Assembly (NCBI GenBank): GCA_038230375.1
Contig: JBBRNJ010000012.1
Span: forward strand, 70,636-134,635
Direction of reading: 5' to 3'
DNA from: Polyangiales bacterium
GTDB lineage: Bacteria; Myxococcota_A; Polyangia; Polyangiales; Polyangiaceae
Length of the DNA: 64,000 bases
Shown in pieces: positions 48,546 to 57,758 of this stretch. Position numbers and translations under genes: made by a program. Each line of letters starts with the position of its first letter. Within the stretch, counting starts at the first letter, position 1. The notes under the pieces are model-generated. The model did no database searches, was not told where the DNA came from, and was given only the letters and a program-made list of their open reading frames with translations.

Positions 48546-50501
48546 ATGGCAAAGCAGGTGCCGAAGGTCGGAGTACGCCAGGGAGGCAAGGAGGAGCTAC
48601 GCGCCTCCATGCTGAAGACCTACCTCCTCCGTCTTCGCGCGGAGAAGGGCGACGCGGTCGTCCGCACCATGCTGGGCAACATAGGCGTGGACCCCACGGT
48701 GCTCGACAACGAGACCGCGTGGCTCAGCGTGCAGTCCGGGCGTCGTGCGCTCCGCGCGCTGGCGGACTCGCTCGGCAAGGACGCGCTCGAGCACCGCGGC
48801 GAGTGGGCCGCGCATCCAGAGGCACTGGGCACGCACGTGCGCATGCTCCGCACTGCCACGCGCACCATCGACGCGTATCGGTATCTCGCCGCCAACTACA
48901 AGGAGATCACCCGCGTAGGCATGTGGGAGATCGAGGAGCCCGGCGACAAGAAGGCCGACAACGCCGGCACGGCAGAGAGCGCAGACAAGCCCGACGCCGC
49001 GGCTCACACGCCCGAGAAGAGCAGCTCCCCGAAGGTCAAGGGCGACAGTGGGCACGTCACCATCAAGGTGATCTATCGACCGCGCGACGACTCCCAGGAC
49101 GAGTCCGAGAAGATCGACGCCGAGACAGAGGCGCTCTTCTGCAGCGCACGTCAGGGCGAGCTCTCGGGCTACCCGCGCATCTGGGGTCTGGGTGATGCGC
49201 ACGTCACGCAAGACGCTTGTCTCGCAAAGGGTGGGGAGGCGTGCGAGTACACCGTCTCCTGGGCGGAGGCGGCGCCGCAGAAGAACAGGTTCGTGGTCGG
49301 GGCGATCGGCGCGGTCATCTGCGGCGGGGCGGTCGGTATCACGGGTGGCCTGGTGGCTTCAGTGATCGGCGCGCTCGTCGGCGGCACACTCGGTGCGGGC
49401 GCGGGCTACTTCCTCGACAAGAGCAAGTCGCAGGAGGGCTCGCGCACGTTCGAGAAGAACCGCATCGCCGCCCTCGAGCGTGGCCTCGATCTGAAGGGCG
49501 AGACCCAGAAGCCCCAGTCACAACCGGGCGAGCTGACGGGCACCGTGCTGGGCGGCAAGTACCGCATCGGTCGCAAGATCGGCTCGGGCGGAATCGGCGT
49601 CGTGTATGCGGCGGAGCACACGTCGCTCGGCCACGAGGTCGCGGTCAAGGTCTTGCGCGGCGCGGCTGCGCGCGACGGCGGCGAGATCGCGCGTCTGCGT
49701 CGCGAGGCGCACATCCAGGCGGATCTGGAGCACCCGAACATTGCGCGCGTCATGGACCTGGACCAGATGCCGGACGGTTCCATGTACGTCATCATGGAGC
49801 GCCTCGTCGGTCGCTCACTGGCGGACAAGCTCGCGCGCGAGCACATGGTCACGCCTGGCTTCGCGATCCCGGTCTTCATCGGCGTCTGTCGCGCGCTCGC
49901 GGTCGCCCACAAGAAGGGCGTCGTTCATCGCGACCTCAAGCCCGGCAACATCTTCCTCTGCGCCGACGGCACTCCGAAGGTCCTCGACTTTGGCATGAGC
50001 AAGCTCACCACCGCGGAGGCGCTCACGCAGGCCGGCTACACGCTGGGCACGCCGGAGTACATGGCGCCCGAGCAGTGCATCGGTGCGGCGGTCGAGTCGC
50101 GCACGGACATCTATGCGCTCGGCGTCCTCATGTACGAGGCGCTCACGGGCGAGTTGCCGATCTCCTCACCGAACCGGCGCGAGCTCCTGGACCTGCACCA
50201 GCGTCAGGTGCCCACGCCCATGACAAAGCGGAAGCCGGAGCTTGGCATCCCCGAGGCGCTCGACGAGATCGTCATGAAGTGCCTGAAAAAGAAGCTCGGC
50301 GAGCGTCCTGCCAGTGCGCAAGAGGTCGAGGAGGCGCTCCTTGCGATCCCCACGGCCGACCTTCCCCTGAGCTACGAGACGAAGAAGGCGCCGAAGACGG
50401 CGGCCGCTCTCACGTCGAGCGAGACGGATACGGTCACGCGCCTCCCGAGCCAACCTCCGCCCGCGCCGACCGACCCCGCGCAGTCGACCACGAAGAGCTG
50501 A
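48546..50501 (+). CDS. Ser/Thr kinase with N-terminal V4R/H-NOX-like sensor and TM hairpin
   Basis: FCSARQG...CLAKGGEACEYTVSW; two Gly-rich TMs; IGSGGIG, HRDLKPGN, DFGMSK, GTPEYMAPE. Confidence 0.9.
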   Translation: MAKQVPKVGVRQGGKEELRASMLKTYLLRLRAEKGDAVVRTMLGNIGVDPTVLDNETAWLSVQSGRRALRALADSLGKDALEHRGEWAAHPEALGTHVRMLRTATRTIDAYRYLAANYKEITRVGMWEIEEPGDKKADNAGTAESADKPDAAAHTPEKSSSPKVKGDSGHVTIKVIYRPRDDSQDESEKIDAETEALFCSARQGELSGYPRIWGLGDAHVTQDACLAKGGEACEYTVSWAEAAPQKNRFVVGAIGAVICGGAVGITGGLVASVIGALVGGTLGAGAGYFLDKSKSQEGSRTFEKNRIAALERGLDLKGETQKPQSQPGELTGTVLGGKYRIGRKIGSGGIGVVYAAEHTSLGHEVAVKVLRGAAARDGGEIARLRREAHIQADLEHPNIARVMDLDQMPDGSMYVIMERLVGRSLADKLAREHMVTPGFAIPVFIGVCRALAVAHKKGVVHRDLKPGNIFLCADGTPKVLDFGMSKLTTAEALTQAGYTLGTPEYMAPEQCIGAAVESRTDIYALGVLMYEALTGELPISSPNRRELLDLHQRQVPTPMTKRKPELGIPEALDEIVMKCLKKKLGERPASAQEVEEALLAIPTADLPLSYETKKAPKTAAALTSSETDTVTRLPSQPPPAPTDPAQSTTKS

Positions 50502-50544
50502 GTCCAGCTGAGGTCCAGCTGAGGTCCAGCCAGCTCCAGCTGGC

Positions 50545-51546
50545 TCAGCCGCGCAGTAGCCAGACGAGCGCGGCTGCGGAGACCGCGATGACGAAGATCG
50601 CGCCCACCACCACGAGCGCGTCCGTGGGCGACACGCCGCCCTTCTTGCGGGCGCGCGGCGTTGGCTGGGTCGTGCTGCCTAGCTCCGGCACGTCTGCCAT
50701 CGGCGCCGCCGCACCGGCAGCAGGCGCGGACGCTTCCGGCGGCCCTCCCTGTTCGTTGGGGCGCACGGACGGCGTGGGCTCCTTGGGCGCCTCACCTGGC
50801 TTCAGCGCCTCGTCGGCTCCGGATTCGAGCTCCGAGAGCGCGATCGCAACAGGCTCGTCCACGGCGAGCACGGTCCCTGCGAGCCTCAGCATCGTCGGCG
50901 CGCGCCACACGACATCCCGCCCGCGCGGAAGCTGCGACTCGCCCATTTGCACGCCGTTCTTCGCGCCCGCGTCGCGCACCAGCACCGTGGCGCCGCGGCG
51001 CAAGACCTGAGCGTGCTCGCGCGATGCATCCGGGTCCGACAAGAGCAGGTCCGCGCGCTCGCCGCGGCCGATCACATACGCGCGACCTTCCTCCACGAGC
51101 AGAAGCACCGCGCCCACGTCGGGCCCCTCCACCACGCGCACCTTCGGTGTCACGTCGTCCCCGATCGCCTTCATCGCCTGCGAGACGAGCGCAAGCGCAA
51201 GATCGCGCGTCGCGAGCGCAAGGTCGGGGGTGGCCGCGAGCTCGCCCATCTTCACCTCGACCCACACGCGTCCGATGCGTACCAGGTCACCCGACTTCAC
51301 GATGCGCGGCGTTCCCTGCAGCAGCCGTACGCCGCCGATGAAGGTGCCGTTGGTGCTCCCCTCGTCGATGAGCGTGTACTCTGCACCTTTCGCGCGGAGG
51401 GTCGCGTGGCGGTGACTGACGCTGGGATCGGGGAGCCGCAGGTCCGCGCTGTCGCCGCGCCCGAGCACCACGCGCTCGCCATCGAAGGTCAGCTTGTGGG
51501 CCGCGTCCTTCGCGCCGGGCAGGCGGACGATGAGCGTGATCGGCAT
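50545..51546 (-). CDS. Tandem FHA domain protein with C-terminal TM
   Basis: LGR...SHRHA...STNGT and IGR...SREHA...AKNGV. Confidence 0.88.
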   Translation of the reverse strand: MPITLIVRLPGAKDAAHKLTFDGERVVLGRGDSADLRLPDPSVSHRHATLRAKGAEYTLIDEGSTNGTFIGGVRLLQGTPRIVKSGDLVRIGRVWVEVKMGELAATPDLALATRDLALALVSQAMKAIGDDVTPKVRVVEGPDVGAVLLLVEEGRAYVIGRGERADLLLSDPDASREHAQVLRRGATVLVRDAGAKNGVQMGESQLPRGRDVVWRAPTMLRLAGTVLAVDEPVAIALSELESGADEALKPGEAPKEPTPSVRPNEQGGPPEASAPAAGAAAPMADVPELGSTTQPTPRARKKGGVSPTDALVVVGAIFVIAVSAAALVWLLRG

Positions 51547-51569
51547 GCGGTGTTGCGGTGGCGGGACGG

Positions 51570-52538
51570 CTAGGTGCCAGGAATGCTGCGCAGGGCAGGC
51601 CGATATTCGTCAGCGCGGCGCTCGAGCCACTGGATGACGTTGACGGCGACGTCTCGTTGCATGTGCGCGGACAGCTCCTGGATGCCGGTGGGGGACGTGA
51701 CGTTCACCTCCGTCAGCTTGCCGCCGATGATGTCCAGGCCTACGAAATGCAGTCCGTCCTTCATCAGGCGCGGCGCGATGTCGGTCACGATCCTCTGCTC
51801 GGCTTCGTCCAGGGTGTGCGGCACGACGGTGCCACCAACGTGGATGTTCGAGCGGATGTCGTCAGCGCGGGGAACGCGGTTGATCGCGCCGAGCACCTCG
51901 CCGTCGAGCAAGAGCACGCGCCGGTCGCCGCTGGTCACCGCAGGCAGATACTCCTGCACCATCACGCTTCGCGTGCCCTCCTCGGTGAGGATGTCCACGA
52001 TGGAGCGCGCGTTCTTGTCCGCGCGCGCGAGCAACAGCACGCCGGCGCCGCCCGCGCCGTGGAGCGGCTTGATGACCGCAGTGCCGACGCTGTCCGTGAA
52101 CTCGAAGATCTTCTTCGCGCTCGCGCCCACGAACGTCTTCGGCATGTGACGCGCGAAATGCAGCGCGTACAGCTTCTCGTTCGCGTCGCGCAGCCCGCGC
52201 GGGTCATTCATGAGGATCGTACGGTCGCGCACGCGCTCGAGCATGAGCGTGCCATAGAGGTACGCAGAGTCGAAAGGTGGGTCCTTGCGGATGAGCACAG
52301 CCGACACGTCGGCCAGGCGGACGTCGACCGTATCGCCGTAGGTGTAAAACGGCGCGGTCTTCGTTATCTTGACTGGGCGAACGGTGGCGTGAACGTCCCC
52401 GTCCTGCACATACAGGTCAGAAAAACGCGTATGGAGTGACTCGTGGCCACGATCCTGGCCGGCCCTGATGAAGGCCACGGTCGTGTCCTTCTCGTAGTTG
52501 AGACGCTCCATCGGATCCATGATGTAGACGAACCGCAT
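51570..52538 (-). CDS. gshB: Glutathione synthetase
   Basis: MRFVYIMDP, KDTT, IRKDPPFD, ANEKL, KPLHGAGG, RSNIHVGG, EVNVTSPTG; AAGGTG RBS. Confidence 0.95.
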   Translation of the reverse strand: MRFVYIMDPMERLNYEKDTTVAFIRAGQDRGHESLHTRFSDLYVQDGDVHATVRPVKITKTAPFYTYGDTVDVRLADVSAVLIRKDPPFDSAYLYGTLMLERVRDRTILMNDPRGLRDANEKLYALHFARHMPKTFVGASAKKIFEFTDSVGTAVIKPLHGAGGAGVLLLARADKNARSIVDILTEEGTRSVMVQEYLPAVTSGDRRVLLLDGEVLGAINRVPRADDIRSNIHVGGTVVPHTLDEAEQRIVTDIAPRLMKDGLHFVGLDIIGGKLTEVNVTSPTGIQELSAHMQRDVAVNVIQWLERRADEYRPALRSIPGT

Positions 52539-54282
52539 GCATTCACCTTCGCCCAAGACGTCCAGAGTTGCCCCGTGGGGACGTAGGCTACCATTCACGG
52601 GTCGGTTTGCGATCGCCACCGTGCTCGCAGTGGGCCTTGGTCTTGGGGCCACGTTGCCATCGCCACGTGCAGGCGCCGCATATCCGCCCAGCGCGGAAGG
52701 CCACGTGATGGCCGTTGCCACGGAGCACTCCGACGCCACGCAGGCCGCGCTCAACACGATGATGGAGGGTGGGAACGCGGTGGACGCCGCCATCAGCGCA
52801 GCGCTCGTCCTGGGCGTCGTGAACCCGCAGGCAAGCGGCCTTGGCGGTGGTGGCTTCGCGATGGTCTACACGGCGAAGGACAAGACGACCACGTGCATCG
52901 ATTTCCGTGAGAGCGCTCCAAAGGACATCGACGCTGCCGGGATCGCGACCAAGCCCAAGTCGTGGAACGAGCCACGCGCGGTTTCCATCGGCGTTCCCGG
53001 CGAGCCGATGGGGCTCCAGACGCTCGCGAGTCGCTTCGGAAAGCACACGCTGGCGGACGACGCACGCGCGTCGATCTCGCTGGCCGCAAACGGCTTCTAC
53101 ATGGGGAAGCATCAGTCGGAGATCTTCTCGCGCATGGGCGCGCGCATTGCCGCATCGCCCGAGCTCTCCGCGTGGGCGCTGGTGAACGGCGCGCCACTGA
53201 CCTATGCGGCGCGCGTGACCCGTCCCGATCTCGCGGCCACGCTGACGCGCTTCGCGCAGGAGGGCGCAAAGCCGTTCTACGAAGGCGACATCGCCGACAC
53301 GATCGTGCGCGCGGCCAAGGAGAAGGGCAGCAAGCTCGAGAAGGCGGACCTCGTGGCTTACCGCGTGAAGGAGCGCACGCCGCTCACGCGCACGGTGGAC
53401 AACCGCACGATCGTCACCATGCCGGCGCCGTCTGCGGGCGGGCTCATGCTTCAGGAGACGCTCGCGCTCTACGGTGCGTCGCCGTCGTCCGATCTGAAGA
53501 AGCTGGGCTACGGCTCTAGCGCATACTTCCACATGCTCGCAGAGGCCATGCGCGGCGCCGTCGCCGACCGCGCGCGCGCAGCGTCCGACCCAGACCTCAC
53601 GCCGCAGACCAACGTCGCCTTCGACGCGTTTCTGGCGCCCGCACAGATCGCCGCGCGAAAGGCCAAGATCGACCCGAACAAGACACATCAGGCCCCCGAG
53701 TTCCTGACGCGCGAGCAGGGCACCACGCACATCTCGATCGCCGATTCGGAGGGCAATGTCGTCGCGCTCACCACCACCATCAACGCACCATTCGGCGCGG
53801 TCGTCGTGGCGGGCAACACCGGCATCATTCTCAACGACGAGCTCGACGACTTCTCCGCGCCGAAGGACATCGAGGGCTTCCATGTCGTCGGCCTGGGTTC
53901 GAATCGTCCGCGCTCCCTCGCGCGTCCGGTGTCGTCCATGACGCCCACGATCGTGTTCGAGAACGGCGCGCCCATCCTTGTGCTCGGTGGCTCTGGCGGG
54001 CCTCGTATCGCCACGAGCGTCACCCAGGTCACGCTATGCAGGCTGGTGTTCGGGCTGGACCCAAACGCATGCGTATCGTCGCCGCGGATTCACGTGGGAA
54101 CGTCTCCGCAGATCTCCGTGGACGCAGAGGTCCCGGAGGATGTCCGCGCCGGGCTCACCGCCCGCGGCGAGCAGGTGAAAGAGGAGACCGGCATGAACGC
54201 CGTTCAGGTCGTTGCATGGCAAGGCGGCAAGCTCTACGCAGCGTCCGACCCGCGCAAATCAGGCTTCTCCGCGGCCCGCTAG
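52537..54282 (+). CDS. ggt: Gamma-glutamyltranspeptidase
   Basis: GGNAVDAA, SGLGGGGF, IDFRE, catalytic TTHISIAD, LNDELDDF, RPVSSMTP, GGSGG, SDPRK. Confidence 0.93.
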   Translation: MHSPSPKTSRVAPWGRRLPFTGRFAIATVLAVGLGLGATLPSPRAGAAYPPSAEGHVMAVATEHSDATQAALNTMMEGGNAVDAAISAALVLGVVNPQASGLGGGGFAMVYTAKDKTTTCIDFRESAPKDIDAAGIATKPKSWNEPRAVSIGVPGEPMGLQTLASRFGKHTLADDARASISLAANGFYMGKHQSEIFSRMGARIAASPELSAWALVNGAPLTYAARVTRPDLAATLTRFAQEGAKPFYEGDIADTIVRAAKEKGSKLEKADLVAYRVKERTPLTRTVDNRTIVTMPAPSAGGLMLQETLALYGASPSSDLKKLGYGSSAYFHMLAEAMRGAVADRARAASDPDLTPQTNVAFDAFLAPAQIAARKAKIDPNKTHQAPEFLTREQGTTHISIADSEGNVVALTTTINAPFGAVVVAGNTGIILNDELDDFSAPKDIEGFHVVGLGSNRPRSLARPVSSMTPTIVFENGAPILVLGGSGGPRIATSVTQVTLCRLVFGLDPNACVSSPRIHVGTSPQISVDAEVPEDVRAGLTARGEQVKEETGMNAVQVVAWQGGKLYAASDPRKSGFSAAR

Positions 54283-54312
54283 ACGCCTTACCGGCTAGCG
54301 CAGAGTGACCCG

Positions 54313-55347
54313 TCAGTCGTCTTCCGTGACCACCGCGAGCTCGGTGTTGCGCTCCGGATCCATGTCCGACACCACCATGTAGCCCACGCCTGCATCCACG
54401 CCGCCGCGCACGGCAACGGAGTATCCGTCCGCTCGACCCACGCGCACCTCCGACGTGCCGATGGCGCGCGGCGTGAGCTGGTCGCGACCGATCTGGATCT
54501 TGTGCGGGTCGTAGATGAAGACGGTGACGCGCTGGATGTCCTTGCCCTGGCCCATCTCGTACTGGAGCATGGCTGCGCGCTCGTGATGCACCGTGGTCAC
54601 GCGGCCACCGAGGAGGTGCGCGTTCTTGCCGCGGAACTGCGGTGCGTGGACCGGCACGCCCACGTAGCGTTCCAGGCCGCGCAGCTCCTTGGCGTCCTTG
54701 GTCTCGAGCGGCACCTGCGAGTACCCGGAGTGCTGCGCCACCAGATCCGCGATCGGATCGTGCCCGAAGCCAGCGCGCATCACATCCGTCTGCGACGTGC
54801 CCTGCGGAGGTGTCTGCGCAACGCCGTTCCACACAAGGGCCAGCGCTGCGGCGCTCGCGAGCGGCACCAGCGTGCGCCACGAGGCCAGCTTCTTTGCTTG
54901 ATTGCGGAGCGAGCGCACTTCGGTGCGCGCCGCGCCAACGCTCTCGACATTGCTCTCGCTATTCGACCTGTCATTCGACTTACTGGCCGAGTCCGAATTC
55001 AAGGACTCGCCCGCGCGCGCTGCTTCGGCTGCGGTCTCCGCTGCGTTGTCTGTCGCTGCGCTCTCGCTCTGCTCGTTCTTCGCGGCGCGGCGGTCTTCGA
55101 GAAGCGCAGCAAGGACGCGCTCGCGCATCCCATCAGCGGGGGTGACCGCCTGCATTGCCTTCTTCAGCGAGCCGCGAACGGCTCGGTCGAGCTCCACGCG
55201 CTCACGACAGGCCTCGCAATGCGCAAGGTGCTCGTCGACCTCCAGCGTGCTCGCCGTGTCCAGGACACCATCCAGGAACGCGCCGAGCAGCACGACGTGC
55301 TTGGCGCACGTGTTCTCTCGTGTATCCGCGCTCTCTCCCGTCTTCAT
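54313..55347 (-). CDS. Membrane-anchored anti-sigma factor with zinc-binding (ZAS/zf-HC2) domain
   Basis: AFLDGVL...HLAHCEAC (HxxxCxxC); single TM; start overlaps the sigma stop. Confidence 0.85.
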   Translation of the reverse strand: MKTGESADTRENTCAKHVVLLGAFLDGVLDTASTLEVDEHLAHCEACRERVELDRAVRGSLKKAMQAVTPADGMRERVLAALLEDRRAAKNEQSESAATDNAAETAAEAARAGESLNSDSASKSNDRSNSESNVESVGAARTEVRSLRNQAKKLASWRTLVPLASAAALALVWNGVAQTPPQGTSQTDVMRAGFGHDPIADLVAQHSGYSQVPLETKDAKELRGLERYVGVPVHAPQFRGKNAHLLGGRVTTVHHERAAMLQYEMGQGKDIQRVTVFIYDPHKIQIGRDQLTPRAIGTSEVRVGRADGYSVAVRGGVDAGVGYMVVSDMDPERNTELAVVTEDD

Positions 55348-56009
55348 CCAACTCTCCTCTTTGCACGATAGGCCGCAAGATCGGCCGGCTTCTTGTTCTC
55401 TGTTCGTTCGTTCGTCTCGGCCACTTCTGCGACGATGCCGAGCGACGCAGCGTGATGGTACAGCGACTTCTGCAGGAGCTTCCTTCCGCGATGCAGGCGG
55501 CTCATGACCGTCCCGATCGGGCAACCCATGATGTCAGCGATCTCCTCGTACGAGAACTCCTCGACGTCGCACAGCATCACGGCGAGCTTGAACTCCGCGG
55601 GCAGCTCGTCGAGCGCGCGCTGGACCTCAGCTTCCAGGATCGGCCGGAGCGCGACGCTCTCGGGATCGCGCAGCTGGCGCATCGTGTCGGCGCTGACCCA
55701 GCCGTCGACCAGCGGGTCCGCGTCGGGTCCGTCGAAGATCGAGCGCTCCAGCCCACCACGGCGGTACTTGTTGATGAACGTGTTCGTGAGAATGCGGAAG
55801 AGCCACGCCTTCAGGTTCGTGCCGGACTCGAACTGCACCTCCGCGCGAATGGCCTTCACCATCGCGTCCTGGACCAGGTCTTCTGCCTCGGTCGGATTGC
55901 GCGTCAGGCGGCAGGCCACGGCGTACATGGCGTCCATGTGGCCGACCACGAGCCCAGCGAAGTCTTTGGAGTCCGTCACTTTTTGGGGTGCTGCTTCGGG
56001 GGTGGACAT
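55344..56009 (-). CDS. ECF sigma factor, SigR/SigH (ECF12)-like
   Basis: AEDLVQD, GTNLKAWLFRILTNTFINKYR, FSYEEIADIMGCPIGTVMSRLHRGRK. Confidence 0.92.
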   Translation of the reverse strand: MSTPEAAPQKVTDSKDFAGLVVGHMDAMYAVACRLTRNPTEAEDLVQDAMVKAIRAEVQFESGTNLKAWLFRILTNTFINKYRRGGLERSIFDGPDADPLVDGWVSADTMRQLRDPESVALRPILEAEVQRALDELPAEFKLAVMLCDVEEFSYEEIADIMGCPIGTVMSRLHRGRKLLQKSLYHHAASLGIVAEVAETNERTENKKPADLAAYRAKRRVG

Positions 56010-56037
56010 GGGGCTAATCTCGGCCTTCTGTCAGTGT

Positions 56038-56062
56038 AACCAGCGGCTTCCTTCATTATTCC
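56038..56062 (-). promoter_or_regulatory. Autoregulatory ECF promoter GGAAT-N17-GTT
   Basis: Minus strand GGAAT aatgaaggaagccgctg GTTac, 28 bp upstream of the sigma ATG. Confidence 0.7.
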
Positions 56063-56162
56063 AGAAGCGACGGGGATCGCCATCTGCCCCACCAAATACC
56101 CACAACTCCTGCGCACATGAGCAGCGGTCAGCGCGTGGTGGGGAGAACCCCAACCTTGAGGC

Positions 56163-56771
56163 TCAGCCGCCGCCGCTCTTCTTCAGCTTCTGCTCGAGCT
56201 CGTCGATGCGGGCGTTCAGGCGCTTCACCTCGTGCTGGAGTTGCTGCCACGGGAGGATGCTCGGCAGCACTGCCTTGATGCGCTCGTCCACCTTGTGCTG
56301 GAAGTCCTCGAACGTCTCCTTCGCCTGACCGACGAACCCTGCGCTCTTCGGCTCCGCGCCCTTGGCGTCCTTTGCGTCGGGGTTCGCGTCGCCAGGAGGC
56401 GCGCCGCCCTCGGCCTTCGCATCGCCCTTGGCGCCGGGGATGAGCCGCCCGATGGGGCCTTCGCGCAGGTCGGAGAGCACCTTCTCCGTTCGCTGATGAA
56501 TGAGCTCCTTCAGCGTCTGCAGCGGCACGGTGCGGCTGTTCGCCTTCTTCTCTTCGTAGATGATCTGCGCAAGCGTGACCTCCGTGAGGTCGTCCTTGCT
56601 GTTGTTGTCGATGATCTGGACCTCTTCGCCACCACGCACCATCTCCGCGATCTGGAGGAGCGTGACGTAACGACTGTCCTTCGTGTCATAGAGCTTGCGG
56701 TTCGAATAGCGCTTGATGATGCGCTTCGGCCGGTCCGCCGTGCTGCTCTGTGATTCTTGTTTGGTGTCCAA
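56163..56771 (-). CDS. PhaR-like (PHA accumulation regulator) DNA-binding domain protein
   Basis: RIIKRYSNRKLYDTKDSRYVTL...DLTEVTLAQII; TTG start after AGGGAG; coiled-coil C-terminus. Confidence 0.85.
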   Translation of the reverse strand: MDTKQESQSSTADRPKRIIKRYSNRKLYDTKDSRYVTLLQIAEMVRGGEEVQIIDNNSKDDLTEVTLAQIIYEEKKANSRTVPLQTLKELIHQRTEKVLSDLREGPIGRLIPGAKGDAKAEGGAPPGDANPDAKDAKGAEPKSAGFVGQAKETFEDFQHKVDERIKAVLPSILPWQQLQHEVKRLNARIDELEQKLKKSGGG

Positions 56772-56918
56772 GCGGAGGCTCCCTGAGCGCAGCGAAGCGA
56801 GGCCGAACTCACCGTGGGGCGCGGGGAACCCCACCTTGAGGCTCCTCCCGACCCTGTTTTCAGAATAGACTAACGCAGAAAGTCAAACGCGCGCCTGTTT
56901 TTCGAGAGTCGGAAACCA

Positions 56919-57743
56919 TTGGAATCAAAGGAACAATCCGATGTCTTGACGCTCCGCGACGTCCACGCGCGCTACGAGCCGCGTGGCGCCGAGACGCTCG
57001 CGGGGGTCACCTTCAGCCTCTCGGCGGGCCGGATCGTCTGCGTTCTCGGACCGAATGGGGCAGGGAAGACGACGCTGGTGCGGGTGGTATCGGGCACGCT
57101 CGCGCCGACAGCGGGGAGCATCACGTTGTTCGGAGAAGGCGTGACGGGGATGGACCGGAAGCGGCTCGCGCGCTCGCTCGCGGTGGTGTCGCAGCTGGAG
57201 GACAGCGATCACGACTTCACGGTGGCCGAGGTCGTGATGATGGGACGCGCGCCGCATCAGGACGCGTGGCTGCGCGAGCGCGCGGAAGATCGCGACGTCG
57301 TCCTGGATGCGCTCACGCGATGTCGTCTCTTACCGCTTCGCGAGCGGCTCTATCGCACGCTGTCAGGCGGCGAGCAGAAGCGCGTCCAGATCGCGCGCGC
57401 GCTCGCTCAGCGGCCCAAGGTGCTCGTGCTCGATGAACCCGCTGCATTCCTGGACGTGCGCGAGCAGATCGCGCTCTACGAGCTGCTCGCGAGCGAGGTG
57501 AAGGAGCACGGCCTCGCGTGCCTGGTCGTCATGCACGACCTCACCGCCGCCGCGCAGATGGGCGACGAGATCGTACTGATGAAGCACGGGCGCGTCGTGG
57601 CGACTGGAAGCGTGGACCTTGTCATGACGTACAACAAACTCCGCGAGACGTTCGACGCCGACCTCTATTGCGGCCTGAACGAGATCACGAACACGCGCTT
57701 CTTCCTGCCGATGCGCGGCGGCCTGATCGAGCCCAAGGAGTGA
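56919..57743 (+). CDS. Fe-siderophore/heme/cobalamin ABC transporter ATPase
   Basis: GPNGAGKT, VMMGRAPH, LSGGEQKRVQIARALAQ, LDEP, MHDL. Confidence 0.9.
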   Translation: MESKEQSDVLTLRDVHARYEPRGAETLAGVTFSLSAGRIVCVLGPNGAGKTTLVRVVSGTLAPTAGSITLFGEGVTGMDRKRLARSLAVVSQLEDSDHDFTVAEVVMMGRAPHQDAWLRERAEDRDVVLDALTRCRLLPLRERLYRTLSGGEQKRVQIARALAQRPKVLVLDEPAAFLDVREQIALYELLASEVKEHGLACLVVMHDLTAAAQMGDEIVLMKHGRVVATGSVDLVMTYNKLRETFDADLYCGLNEITNTRFFLPMRGGLIEPKE

Positions 57744-57758
57744 TCACTCGAGCCTTGG

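Noticed and set aside
50498..50548. Short CTGAGGTCCAG tandem repeats between convergent genes
   Set aside because: Only 2-3 degenerate copies, likely local slippage near stop codons, with no evidence of function.
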